Shown: in pieces, positions 44,404 through 59,619 of the stretch
How the letters are laid out: each line of letters opens with the position of its first letter
Position numbering within the stretch: position 1 is the stretch's first letter
Source: Octopus vulgaris
Lineage: Eukaryota
Direction: 5' to 3'
Length of the DNA: 64,000 nt
NCBI GenBank assembly: GCA_951406725.2
Contig: OX597824.1
Coordinates: forward strand, 27,156,001 to 27,220,000
The notes under the pieces: generated by a model
Told to the model about the DNA's origin: nothing
Databases searched by the model: none
What the model saw: the letters and a program-made list of their open reading frames with translations, nothing else
Translations under genes and position numbers: made by a program

Positions 44404-44878
44404 AAACGTTAGCACGCTGGGCGAAATGCCTAGCGGTATTTCGTCTGCGTTACGTTGTGAGTTCGAATTCCGCCGAGGTCGACTTTGCCTTTCATCCTTT
44501 CGGGGTCGATGAATTAAGTACCAGTTACGCACTGGGGTTGATGTAATCGACTTAATACCTATGTCTGTCCTTGTTTGTCCCCTCTGTGTTTAGCCCCTTG
44601 TGGGTAATAAAGAAATAGGTATTTCGTCTGCCGTCAGTTCAAATTCCGCCGAGGTCGACTTTGCCTTTCATCCTTTCGGGGTCGATAAATTAAGTACCAG
44701 TTACGTACTGGGGTCGATGTTATCGACTTAATACCTATGTCTGTCCTTGTTTGTCCCCTCTATGTTTAGCCCCTTGTGGGTAATAAAGAAATAGGTATTT
44801 CGTCTGTCTTTACTTTCTGAGTTAAAATTGGCCCATTCCAAAAAATTTCGGGCCTTGTGCCTAGAGTAGAAAAGAATA
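44404..44878 (+). mobile_element. SINE family B tandem multimer
   Basis: Repeated aaagaaata|ggtatttcgtctg junctions; ends with the short tail gggccttgtgcctagagtagaaaagaat. Confidence 0.88.
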
Positions 44879-44929
44879 TGAATACATACATACCTATGCG
44901 TATAATGCGTATATATGTGCATGTGGATG

Positions 44930-45156
44930 TAAGAGGAGATGCCGAAAAGTTCTTGGTTTTAAGGGTGTCGCGAAAGGCCTGGTTAGCGTCTTAACCTTCC
45001 AAGTTCTTTTGCTAGCTTTACAAAAATTGAAGGACCACTGCAATAAGTGTGTGAATCTGAGAGGTGAATATATTCGATAGAATCATAATCAACTGATTTC
45101 CCTGTATATTTTTTTTATCTAAAGCAGTGAAATTCTTTTCAGCACCCCACCCTCAT
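44930..45156 (+). mobile_element. Mariner-derived MITE (about 220 bp); other copies at about 1010-1223 and 36450-36587
   Basis: Degenerate TIRs gatgccgaaaagttcttggtttt / aaagc..ttttcagcacccc. Encodes only a transposase C-terminus (KLKDxCNKCVNLRGEY). Three alignable copies. Confidence 0.75.
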
Positions 45157-46049
45157 ATATGTGCATATGTGTGTGTGTTTGTGGGTGCGTTTTTGCATGT
45201 GTGTGTGTGTAGAGTGAGAGATAATATATATTCTTTTGTTTCAGTCATTTAACTGCGGCCATGCTGGAGCACTGCCTTTAGTCGAACAAATCGACCCCAG
45301 AACTTATACTTTGTAACTTCGTCATTGAACTCTGGCCATGTTCATTTTTGTTTTACGGAATCCCCCATTTTCGAGTACGGAGTTTCTGATTCTGCCAAAA
45401 AGAAAGAAAAAAAACAAAAAAAAAAAGACGGAATTTTAAAATTTCAATTCCTCCCCCACCAAATTCTTCCATTTTCACTTAAAAAAAAAAAAAATTGAAA
45501 TTTTACAAAATTTTTTTTTCTCAGAATCATAATGTGGGATGTAAGTGCACCAAAATCGATTGTCATGCGATAGTGGGGGGGGGGGGGACAGACAAAGACA
45601 CACAAACGCATGCACACACACACGCACACACACGGGCAAAAAAATATATATGTATATATATATACGACAGGTTCCTTTCAGTTTCCGTCTACCAAATCCA
45701 CTCACAAGGCTTTGGTCGGCCCGAGGCTGTAGTAGAAGACACTAGCCCAAAGTGCAACGCAGTGGGACTGAACCCGGAACCATGTGGTTGGTAAGCAAGC
45801 TAACTTACCACACAGCCGATATATACGCAGTCACCAACACACATACACACACACACACACACAACTACACACGCACTCACTCATACACCCGCGCGCACAC
45901 ACACGTACACACACGTACACACACACACGCACACACTCACATATCCACGCACATGCACACATTCCTAGAATACGAAGAACACAGCAACAGTGAAAGATAT
46001 TAAATAACACAACCAATAACAATAAATAAATAAATAAAAAGCAAATGAA

Positions 46050-46088
<39 letters not shown>

Positions 46089-46514
46089 ATGCATAAAAAA
46101 TAAATATGTAGATCAACAAACAAACAAACAAACATATATAATGGTTTATAAATACTCACCGAAATAATAGCAACGAGGAAATCGATATGAAATAATAAGT
46201 GCGAATATTAATACGATAATTTTATCTTGTTTTGCACAAATATTTCGAAAGAGGCACACAAACACACACACACACCTATAAGTCACTCAGACGCGATATT
46301 ATATATAGGCATGCATATATTTGTTTTTATTTGTGTACGTATGTGTGTGTGTGTGTGTGCGTGTGTATGTGTGTGTGTGTGTTTGAAACGGGGAAATGTC
46401 TCTGTCTGTGTGTGTGTATGAGTGTGTGTGTGAGCGTGTTTGTGTGTGTATGTGTGTATTGTGTGTGTGTGTGTGTGTGTGTGCAATGTCTATGTCTGTA
46501 TGTTTGTTTGACAT

Positions 46515-46547
<33 letters not shown>

Positions 46548-46892
46548 CGTGTGTGTGTGTGTATGTGTGTGCCGGTGTGTGTGTGTGTGTGTATGAGTGT
46601 GTGTGTGTGTGTGTATGAGTGTGTGTGTGAGCGTGTGTGTGTGTGTGTATGTATGCCAGTGTGTGCCAATGTTCATGTGTGTGTGTGTGTGAATGAGCCT
46701 ATGCAAATATACAAATGTGTTACACACGCACGCACACACATACACACACACACATGGACGTATTTATATTTACCGATATTTACACGTGCAATTGTATATG
46801 TACTTTTACCATTCCCACATTCGCCCTCTATCTCTGTCTCTTTCTTTCTGTCTGTCTGTCTATCTCCCCCCTCTCTCTCTATATATATATAC

Positions 46893-46942
<50 letters not shown>

Positions 46943-47325
46943 ATGCATAAAAAACAAACGCACATATTTGTTTTATTCGTGTGTGTGTATATGCGTTTGT
47001 GTACGTGTGTGTGTAACGTGTATGTACGTACATGTACACACATATTGCATATGTGAGTGTGTGTGTGTATGTGTGTGTATTGTATATTAATGTGTTCTAT
47101 GCAGAAGTATCTGTGTGTGTGTACACCTGCACACACACACACACACACACATACACACACACCGGTACGCACACATACATACACACATACACACACACAC
47201 ACACAAACACATATATATTTAAATGGAAAACGAAAAGCAGACCACACACACCTACAGGCACACCGGCACACACACATGCACACACACACGCTCACACACA
47301 GACATAGACATGTTCCCCTTTCACA

Positions 47326-47388
<63 letters not shown>

Positions 47389-47389
47389 C

Positions 47390-48030
47390 AGCGAACACAT
47401 ATATATATACATTTACAAACGCAGAGAGAGTTTCACACTGACACATCAAGACGGACGCGGACAGCACATTTCTCGCTCCATCCAAATTCACGCCCAAAAA
47501 CGCCAAGGTGGTTGACCGTAAACATACGACTCCACAACGGCGCAACAACAACAACAACAACAACAACACCAAACACCACCACCACCACCACCAACAACAA
47601 CAACAGCAACCGACAACAGCAACAGCAACAACAACATTCGAATTAAACAATAGAGCAGAGTAAACAGCTATTACTAAAGTTTCACGGTTCGTTTGTTCGG
47701 CTTATGATTAATCAACTGTCATGCTTTCCTACACATTTACCATTCACGCTCCGGTGATTCCCTTACCAGACCACAATTCACGTCGTTTCTCTCTTGTCAT
47801 ATGGAGTCTAGCTTTGCCATTCCTCTTTCGTTGTTACTACGGCTGACGTTGCAGCAGCTGTTGTTGTTGTTGTTTTCGCTGCTGCTGCTGCCGCGCAGTT
47901 CCATTCATATTATTGCTATGCTGTATACATATTACAAATCGAATTTACTCATTGATTTCTCTCTCGTGTTCTGTTATTTCACGGTCAGTTACATTGTACC
48001 GTATCAATGTGCGATTCTCTCGCTCGTTCC
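47390..48030 (+). promoter_or_regulatory. Candidate proximal promoter or non-coding first exon of LMO
   Basis: Unique, CpG-enriched island between microsatellite blocks about 1.5 kb upstream of the 49477 acceptor; possible donor ACG|GTCAGT at about 47983. Confidence 0.3.
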
Positions 48031-48856
48031 CTCATATTTCCTCTGTCTGTCACTCTCTCTCTTTTTCTCTCTCTTTGTCTCTGTCTCTCTGTCATGTCTC
48101 TCTATCTCGGTCTGTCTGTCTCTCTCTCTCTTTGCCTCTGTCTCTATCTCTGTCTGTCTCTCTCTCTTTGCCTCTGTCTCTATCTCTATCTCTGTCTGTC
48201 TGTCTGTCTCTCTCTCTCTTTGCCTCTGTCTCTATCTCTTTCTCTTTCTCTCTTTGCCTCTGTCTCTATCTCTGTCTCTCTCTCTCTCTTTGCCTCTGTC
48301 TCTGTCTCTCTCTCTCTGTCTCTCTCTCTCTCTTTGTCTCTCTCTCTCTTTGTCTCTCTCTCTCTTTGTCTCTGTCTCTCTCTGTCTCTCTCTCTTTGTC
48401 TCTGTCTCTCTGTCCCCCTGCCTCTCTCTGCCTCTCTGTCTCTCTCCTAACACTCTCACACTTTCTCTTTCTCAGAGATTGTGTGTATCCGTCTTTGTGG
48501 CTGTTTGTGTTTGTGTGTATGTGTATGTTTATGTGAGTATGTGTATGTGGTTGTAAGATTGTCTCTTTCGATATCACTCTTTCTTTCTATGTGTGTTTGT
48601 GTGTTTGTAGCTCTGCACTTAACTCACTCACACTCTCTCTTTCTCTCTTTTTGTCTTTCGCTCTCTTTTGTTCGCTCTATTATACATGTGCGTGCACGAG
48701 AACACACACATACACATGTATGCATGTGTGTGTGTCGGGGTGGCTAAGAAATATGTATGTATGTATGTATGTGTGTGTAAATTTATCTGTTGCCCTTGGG
48801 TAGGTGGGTAATTATCGAAATGTCTGTATATGTATGTATGTGTATATGTATGAATG

Positions 48857-48890
<34 letters not shown>

Positions 48891-49256
48891 GCCAAATATA
48901 CATGCATTTATATATATATATGAATGCATATATGCATCTATGTATATTCACACAGAGGCATATACATAGACATAAATATATCTGTCTATATGTGTGTGTA
49001 TATATATATATATATATACTCAGATTCACACATCATATATATTTATTCACATACGTATACATAACCAGCAAGCACATGCTTTTGCATATAGTTGTATGCA
49101 TACATGCATGTATACACACATGCACACACACACACATACACACACACACACATACACACACACACACATATATATATATATGCATGTGTATATATGTATA
49201 TACACATATGTACACATTTATATATAATTACATATATATGTTAATATTACTATTGC

Positions 49257-49317
<61 letters not shown>

Positions 49318-49376
49318 TATTATTATCATTATTATTATTATCATCATCATCATCATCATCATCATCATTATTATTA

Positions 49377-49429
<53 letters not shown>

Positions 49430-49481
49430 GTTATCATCATCATCATTATTATTATATCGACTATTTGTCTTTTCAGGTCCG

Positions 49482-49702
49482 ATGCAGATTTCACAAGAAA
49501 GTGCCACGGGAATGGCCAACAAACGGCAGGAATGCGCTGGCTGCAAAAAGAAGATAACAGAACGCTATCTGCTGAAGGCGCTTGACCAGTATTGGCATGA
49601 AGATTGTCTAAAGTGTTCCTGTTGTGATTGTAGGCTTGGAGAAGTCGGCTCGACGTTATACACCAAAGCAAACCTACTCCTATGTAGGAGAGACTATTTA
49701 AG
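49482..49702 (+). CDS. LMO3: LIM-domain-only protein (LMO1/LMO3/rhombotin/Beadex class), coding exon with LIM domain 1
   Basis: Acceptor ttttcAG|GTCCGATG (exon starts 49477). Translates [73 protein letters not shown](R), a canonical LIM zinc-finger close to vertebrate LMO1/3. Donor AG|GTACTG after 49702, phase 2. The symbol is nominal: probably co-orthologous to LMO1 and LMO3. Confidence 0.96.
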
Positions 49703-50094
49703 GTACTGTTTCGGGGCCTATTGTAGCTTCCAACAAAGAATAGATTCTTTGCTGATTTTTTGTGTGTGTGTGTTTTGTTATATTGTAATCTATTTTGTTG
49801 AAGTCAAAATATGAAACGTTAACCTTTATGTCTGGCCGGCATCATCATCATCGTCGTCGTGGTCGTGGTCGTGGTCGTCACCGCCACTCCAGGTTATTGC
49901 CCCTGTCGCCACCTCCACCTCGTTCCATGCATGATATCTTCTCTAACATTGTTACATCGACATAGTTTCCGTTGCTATTGATATCACTAGAACTACCACC
50001 ACCACTACCACCACCACCACATTAACCACTACTACTACTTCTATTACCACTATCATTACCACCATTACAAACAAACCAATACGACTACCACAAT

Positions 50095-50132
<38 letters not shown>

Positions 50133-50415
50133 TATCATCATCATTACCATCATCAACATCGCCACTACCACTATAGGCATTCTTCGAGAAGGAACATACA
50201 TACATACATGCAGGCAACTCTGTGTTATACAATAACGTATTCGGTCTCTTTTACTCTTTTACTTGTTTCAGTCATTCGACTGCGGCTATGCTGGAGCACC
50301 GCCTTTAGTCGAGCAAATCGACCCCAGGACTTATTATTCTTTGTAAGCCTAGTACTTATTCTATCGGCCCCTTTTGCCGAACTGCTAAGTTACCGGGACG
50401 TAGACACAACAGCAT

Positions 50416-50512
50416 CGGTTGTCAAGCAAAGTTGGGGGAACAAACACTGACACACAAACATATGCACACACACATACATACTTACATACATAAATACATA
50501 CATACATACATT

Positions 50513-50552
<40 letters not shown>

Positions 50553-50571
50553 CATATATATATATATATAT

Positions 50572-50612
<41 letters not shown>

Positions 50613-50708
50613 AATGTATGTATGTATGTATTTATGTATGTAAGTATGTATGTGTGTGTGCATATGTTTGTGTGTCAGTGTTTGTTCCCCCAACTTTGCT
50701 TGACAACC

Positions 50709-50709
<1 letters not shown>
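50416..50709. repeat. Near-perfect 294-bp palindrome made from the middle of a SINE
   Basis: cggttgtcaagcaaagttgggggaacaaacactgacac... mirrored by ...gtgtcagtgtttgttcccccaactttgcttgacaaccg, centred on a (TA)n run. Visible differences are in repeat-unit counts. Confidence 0.95.
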
Positions 50710-50758
<49 letters not shown>

Positions 50759-50828
50759 GGAGTAAACACATAAATGTGAAACAAGGTGGAAAAAAAGAGT
50801 ACTCAAATACCAGTGGTAGAGTAATATG

Positions 50829-51092
<264 letters not shown>

Positions 51093-51349
51093 TATGACGG
51101 CCTTCTTTCAGTTTCCGTCTACCAAATCCACTCACTAGGATTTGGTCGACCCGAGGCTATAGTAGAAGACACTTGCCGAAGGTGAAACGCAGTGGGACTG
51201 AACCCGGAACCATGTGGTTGGTAAGCAAGCTACCTACCACACACCCACTCCTATATTCTGTTAATATTTAATTAAATTCGTTCCACATGTCTTATTCTCG
51301 CGTCAAATTTCGGTACAAAATGTATAATTCTGACTTTTTATCATTGCAG

Positions 51350-51475
51350 ATTATTTGGGACGACAGGTTATTGTTCAGCGTGTTCCAAAATGATTCCAGC
51401 ATTTGAATTAGTGATGAGAGCAAAGACAAACGTGTATCACCTTGAATGTTTTGCATGTCAACAGTGTAATCACAG
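51350..51475 (+). CDS. LMO3: LMO coding exon, N-terminal part of LIM domain 2 (missing from the ORF track)
   Basis: Acceptor tcattgcAG|A; 126 nt, phase 2 at both ends. Translates (R)LFGTTGYCSACSKMIPAFELVMRAKTNVYHLECFACQQCNH(R). Donor AG|GTAAGT. Confidence 0.96.
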
Positions 51476-52049
51476 GTAAGTTGTGGCTCCAAAACAAATG
51501 ATTCAAACCGTAGCCTGTTGGGAGAGTAGATATATATTTCTTTACAACCCACAAGGGGCTAAACACAGAGGGGACAAACAAGGACAGACAAACGGATTAA
51601 GTCAATTACATCGACTCCAGTGCGTAACTGGTACTTAATTTATCGACACCGAAAGGATGACAGGCAAAGTTGACCTCGGTGGAATTTGAACTCAGAAGGT
51701 AACGGCAGACGAAATACGGCTACGCATTTCGCTCGGCGTGCTAACGTTTCTGCCAGCACGCCACCTTGTGCCAGCTCGCCGCCTTGCATTGGGGGTGTAG
51801 ATATAGTATTTACACTGAAATAGTATTCGAACATGGATTCTTTTAGTCTTTTATTTGTTTCAGTCATTTGACTGCGGCCATGCTAGAGCACCGCCTTTAG
51901 TCGAACAAATCAATCCTAGGACTTATTCTTTGTAAACCTAAGTACGCTAAATTACGGGGACGTAAACACATCGGTTGTCAAGCGATGATGGTGGGGACAA
52001 ACACAGACATTCAAATACACACACACACATGTGTATATATATGTGTATA

Positions 52050-52092
<43 letters not shown>

Positions 52093-52983
52093 GTATATAT
52101 ATATACGACGGGCTTCTTTCAGTTTCCATCTATCAAATCCACTCACAAGAATTTGGTCGGCTCGAGGCTATAATACAAGACACTTACCCAAGGTGAAACG
52201 CAATGGGACTGAACTGGGAACCATGTGGTTGGTAAGCAAGCTACTTACCACACAGCCACAGACGAGCCTACTCTAAGCTACTAAGAATTCGTGTGGCAAT
52301 TTGAAGATCCACTCATCACACGCGATAGACCGCCGGAACTTCGTGGAGCTTAGGTGTTTTTGCTCAATAAACACTCACAATGCTCGGTCTGGGAATCGAA
52401 GCCGCGTTCTTACGACCGTGAGTCCGCTGCCCTAACCACTGGGCCATTGCGCCTCCACCTCTGCTGTTGTATCAAAGTTTAAGCGTTTCTCTTTTACTCT
52501 TTTACTTGCTTCAGTCATTTGACTGTGGCCATGCCGTAGCATCGCCTTTTTAGTGCAGCAAATTGACCCCAGGACTTATTCTTTGTACTTATTCTATCGT
52601 TCTCCTTTGCCAGGGACGTAAACACACCAGCATCAGTTGTCAAGCGACGTTGGGGGTGGGTGGGTTAGCAAACACAGAACCACAAACAAACACACACACA
52701 CAGTTTCCATCTACCAAATCTACACAGTTTCAGTCTCCATCTACCAAATCCACTCACAAAGCTTTGGTCGGCACGAGGCTATAGTAGAAGATTCTTGCCC
52801 AAGGCTATAGTAGAAGATATGCAGTGGGACTGAACCCGGAACCATGTGGCTGGTAAGCAAGCTACTTACCACACAGCCACTCCTGTGCTTAGGAAAATAA
52901 TTTGAGAATAATTGTCCTATATGTATCTTACAAATGTTTATATATTACTTATGTTTTTTTTCTTTTTCTTTTTTTTTTTCCAG

Positions 52984-53173
52984 ATTCTGTGTCGGTGATA
53001 GATTTTATCTGTGTGATAATAAGATTCTCTGCGAATACGATTACGAAGAACGAATGGTATTTGCCAACATGAGCTACAATTACAACGCCCTGTCTCACTT
53101 GAAAAGACAAACACACAACCTCAGCGACGATGTATCGAGTGGTTATGGCAGCCCGAGCCCTAACTCTCTGTGA
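52984..53173 (+). CDS. LMO3: LMO last coding exon, end of LIM domain 2 plus C-terminal tail
   Basis: Long poly-T tract then ccAG|A. Translates (R)FCVGDRFYLCDNKILCEYDYEERMVFANMSYNYNALSHLKRQTHNLSDDVSSGYGSPSPNSL*, TGA at 53171-53173. The three exons total 537 nt and join in frame. Confidence 0.96.
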
Positions 53174-55760
<2,587 letters not shown>

Positions 55761-55869
55761 TTATAAGCGGTTCCTTTTGAGGTAGTACTAAGGCCAATTT
55801 TCTGTAAATTAATGTTAATCATCTTGTTGTTGATTGAATCAAAAGCATGTTGTATTTCTTCTTTCGCCA

Positions 55870-56960
55870 ACATTGGAAGCTACTCTGCCAACCAGATATC
55901 ATCTTGAGCCACAACCGATGAAGCTTGTTGAATCAACGAAAGAAATTTTACCAACGTCATTAACTATTGAGCGAACGATCCAGCAATGTTGAGTCAAGGA
56001 TTTGCTTGTCCATCAGCGAGATTGAAACTGACAATTTTCACTGTAGAGCCAATGATGGAGTTACCAAAAAATTGGTGCTCTGGCGGTTAGAACGACAAAG
56101 ATTCCAGGTGATCCGATCAACAGAACAGCCTGATCATGAAATTCACGTGCAAGTAGTTGAGCACTCCAGAGACACGCTAAGCTAAGCGTAACGTAGTTCT
56201 CTGGAATATTGAGAGTGACACAGAATATGACAAGGTTAAAATTCTGAATTACAAGTACTACACATATTTACCAGCTGAGTGGACTAGAGCAACGTAAAAT
56301 AGAGTGTCATGCACCACAGGGAATCGAACTCACGACCTCACGATCGTAAGCCGAATGCCCTAATCACTAAGCTACGCAACTTCACCAATGGTGGAGTTAC
56401 AGAAATAATGAAAGGGTTTTTTGAGACGAAGACGGTGTCTGTTAAATCCGTGAGGGAGCTCGTTCAGCTGACGATGGAGTAATTTTGTTGAGCCAACGAA
56501 GGTTCCTCTTGAACTTAAGATGGCGCCTGTTGAAATAACAACGGACAATTTTAAGCCAACACTGCTCTCTTGTGAACTAAAGAGAGACCTTGCTCAGATA
56601 GTGAGAGAGTCGATTGAATTAGCAAGAGATCATAAATATAAAATGAAGTTCTTTAAATTAACGAGAAAGCCTCTTGAGTCAACTACTGTGCCCGCTCAAT
56701 TAACGAAGTGTCTTTTGAGCCAGTGCTAGATTCTGCTTAATCAATCTGGTATCTCTTGAGCCAGTGACAGAGCCTGCATAATCAACGCGATGTCCTTTGA
56801 ACCAATGACAGAGCCTGTACAATCAAAGATGTCTCTTAAGCCACTACTAAAAGAGCCACTCTTTCGAGCCACTCTTTCGAGCCACTCTTTCGAGCCACTA
56901 CACTTTTCAGCTCAATCAACGAGGCTGCTCATTCATCAGTGTGTCCTTTGAGTCAACAAT
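55870..56960. repeat. Highly diverged tandem repeat (about 40 bp) split by a SINE
   Basis: Recurring (c)ttgagcca....gagc(c/t)tg..aatcaacg units; the 13-bp unit gagccactctttc occurs three times at about 56853-56891. Confidence 0.6.
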
Positions 56961-57434
56961 GCATATATTAACCTGACATGATAACCTCTGTGCGGTCGCT
57001 GACATTGCTAGAAGTAGCAGCCAAATAAAACACGCGCCTCGATATAACATCTTGAGAATAAAAGAACTTAATATATAATGTCGGAATTCAAGGGGTGGAC
57101 ATGGTTGGAAAGCTTTTGTTTATAGGTCTGTTGTATTTGGGATGGCATCGAACTAAGCAAATACTGAATTTTGGTTCCTAACTCAATTCCATGTTATTGC
57201 AGGTATATCTGTGCTATAAGCAGGAAGGTAAGACGTGTATGGACATCCCGGCTACATGAAATGACATCTTTCACAAATAATAACTGCTTATTCTTCAATT
57301 ATATTCTCATAATTAAAAAATCAATTACGCAGTTAACAAGGTCAATAACAAGATATGACTGATATGCAATTAACATTGGGTTTGGTAATTGCATATATGT
57401 AGGTATGTATGCATGTATGTATGGTTGTGAGTGT

Positions 57435-57708
57435 ATAAAATAGACAGAAATAATGGGTTATATATGTATATATATTTATTTTTATAGGCTTACAACTGTT
57501 TCACATTTCCGTTCGGGTTCATTCAGGATTCAGTCTTATCAATGGATCGATTTATCGACTGAAAATAAAGGGAACCAATACCACAAAAGTTATTTTCTTC
57601 AGAACCAAAATAAACCAACTGCAGTTGTAAGCCTATACTAAACAAACAAATAAACAAAAAAACACAAATAAACTAATAAATATAACGCATTATTTATGTC
57701 TATTTTAT
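57435..57708. repeat. Inverted-repeat element
   Basis: ataaaatagacagaaataatgggttatat...tataggcttacaactg pairs with cagttgtaagcctata...atataacgcattatttatgtctattttat. Confidence 0.8.
57487..57606 (-). ncRNA. Type I hammerhead-like motif with long helix II, inside an inverted-repeat element
   Basis: Minus strand: ggtt-CTGAAGA-...-GAAA-cagttg-TA-agcc. Helix I ggtt/agcc, helix III ACAGTTGT, internal hairpins ggttc/gaacc and ttcagtc/gactgaa, AATAAA directly downstream. The base of helix II is imperfect. Confidence 0.55.
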
Positions 57709-57886
57709 GTATCACTGTCCGAAAATATACCACCTTAACTGGGTAATTGAACTGGTTGTACATATTGGTTTCGGACTACCTGGAGTAAAATATCGACCAC
57801 GAGACATTTTTGTTAGCTTGTATTTTCTTCTGGAAAGAGCCTAAGAATTATCTCGCCTGATTACTAATCCCTTATTAATAGTGTCG

Positions 57887-57922
<36 letters not shown>

Positions 57923-58159
57923 AATGCAGTGCTGCAATGCCATAAGTAATTCGTGGAATGAAATCCAACGATGGTTACACTAAGTTTAACTGAGTTCCAG
58001 ATGGTCCGCACTAAATTCTGGTGATCTTTAAGCAAGTTTCGGAAATTTCTACAGAGTGAGAGTGAGTCCACATTACCTTAAATATAGGATGACAAAATAG
58101 CTAAAATTTACAAAAGGTGAGCAGCAGCACCGCCAAAAATAATAATAATTACAACAACC

Positions 58160-58232
<73 letters not shown>

Positions 58233-58246
58233 TGATGATGATGATG

Positions 58247-58290
<44 letters not shown>

Positions 58291-58291
<1 letters not shown>

Positions 58292-58820
58292 GAATAACAA
58301 CAGAAAAAAGATGGTATAGGCACACGCCAGAAAAGGTCACAGAAAACGAGAAAGCAACCATACTTTGGGATATGCCAATACACACAGATAGAGCAATTAA
58401 GGCCAATAGGCCAGATATAGGTCAGAGATCATGAAGAAAAAAAATGCTTTCTAATTGATGTATCAGTACCAATAGACAACAACGTTTCTCTAAAAGAAAT
58501 GGAGAAACTTTCAAAATACAAAGACCTGGAAATAGAGGTAACTCGAATATGGAATCTAAAAACAGAAACAATTCCTATCATAGTAGGTGCATTAGGTACG
58601 ATAAAAATATATTCAGATAAATACATAACAAAGACACCAATACTTACAAATATATATATAACATACAGAAAATTGTACTACTGCGCACTGCACACATCCT
58701 ACGCAGAATACTCTCAATACAGTAACCAATAAGAGCGTCACAACAAACCACAGCACATGCCCAAGGCACACAGAGCTGCGCTGGGCAGTGAAGTGAAAAC
58801 ACGATATAAAAATAAAGCTA

Positions 58821-58824
<4 letters not shown>
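58291..58824 (+). mobile_element. 5'-truncated Dong/R4-clade non-LTR retrotransposon (restriction-like endonuclease C-terminus plus 3' UTR)
   Basis: KRWYRHTPEKVTENEKATILWDMPIHTDRAIKANRPDI / CFLIDVSVPIDNNVSLKEMEKLSKYKDLEIEVTRIWNLKTETIPIIVGALG (PD..D RLE motif), with frameshifts. Flanked on both sides by (AAT)n. Confidence 0.88.
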
Positions 58825-58899
<75 letters not shown>

Positions 58900-59013
58900 G
58901 TTATGATAATAATAATAATAGTAATAGTAGTAATAGTTATGATAATAATAGTAATAGTTATGATAATAATAATAATAGTAATAATAGTAATAGTTATGAT
59001 AATATTATTATTA

Positions 59014-59044
<31 letters not shown>

Positions 59045-59070
59045 CATTATTATTATTAATAATAATAATG

Positions 59071-59142
<72 letters not shown>

Positions 59143-59619
59143 TTATCATTATTATTATTGACGCTATCTTCGCCATCGTCGTCGTCACCACTACCACCAC
59201 CAGTATAATCATCATCATTATTCTTTCTTTGGGACTTTAATATTCAAACTCAGCAAGTCCAGTAACCCAGATATTGTACGGAAAAAAAAACACGTCGACA
59301 AACATTTTTCTCACACCCATATCAATCCCAGCAAACTGCAGAACTTCAGTGAAAACCTTTGATAAGGTAAGTGTCAATACAACGATCATGAAATAAGAGT
59401 TTCGAAAATGTAGCATTTAAGAACAGCTACTGTATTTGTGATTATGGGAGCTTTGGGGTGATAATTACGAATGGCAACCTTTAGTGTTGTCGAATACCAA
59501 GAAAGTCATAAGTATGAGAACTTTAAACAAATTGTTCCCATGAGTACAACACTCATCCTCAGAAAATCACCGTCAACTTAGGAATATGTGAAACTTTTAA
59601 ACTCTTAAATTCACAAATA

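Noticed and set aside
47801-48556. 251-aa ORF with a signal-peptide-like start
   Set aside because: Runs into a CT/GT-rich microsatellite, and its possible donor is phase 0, not compatible with the LMO exon.
49377-49476. Poly-Leu N-terminus of the 145-aa ORF and its read-through after 49702
   Set aside because: Intronic (ATT)n upstream of the acceptor; sequence after AG|GT at 49702 is intron.
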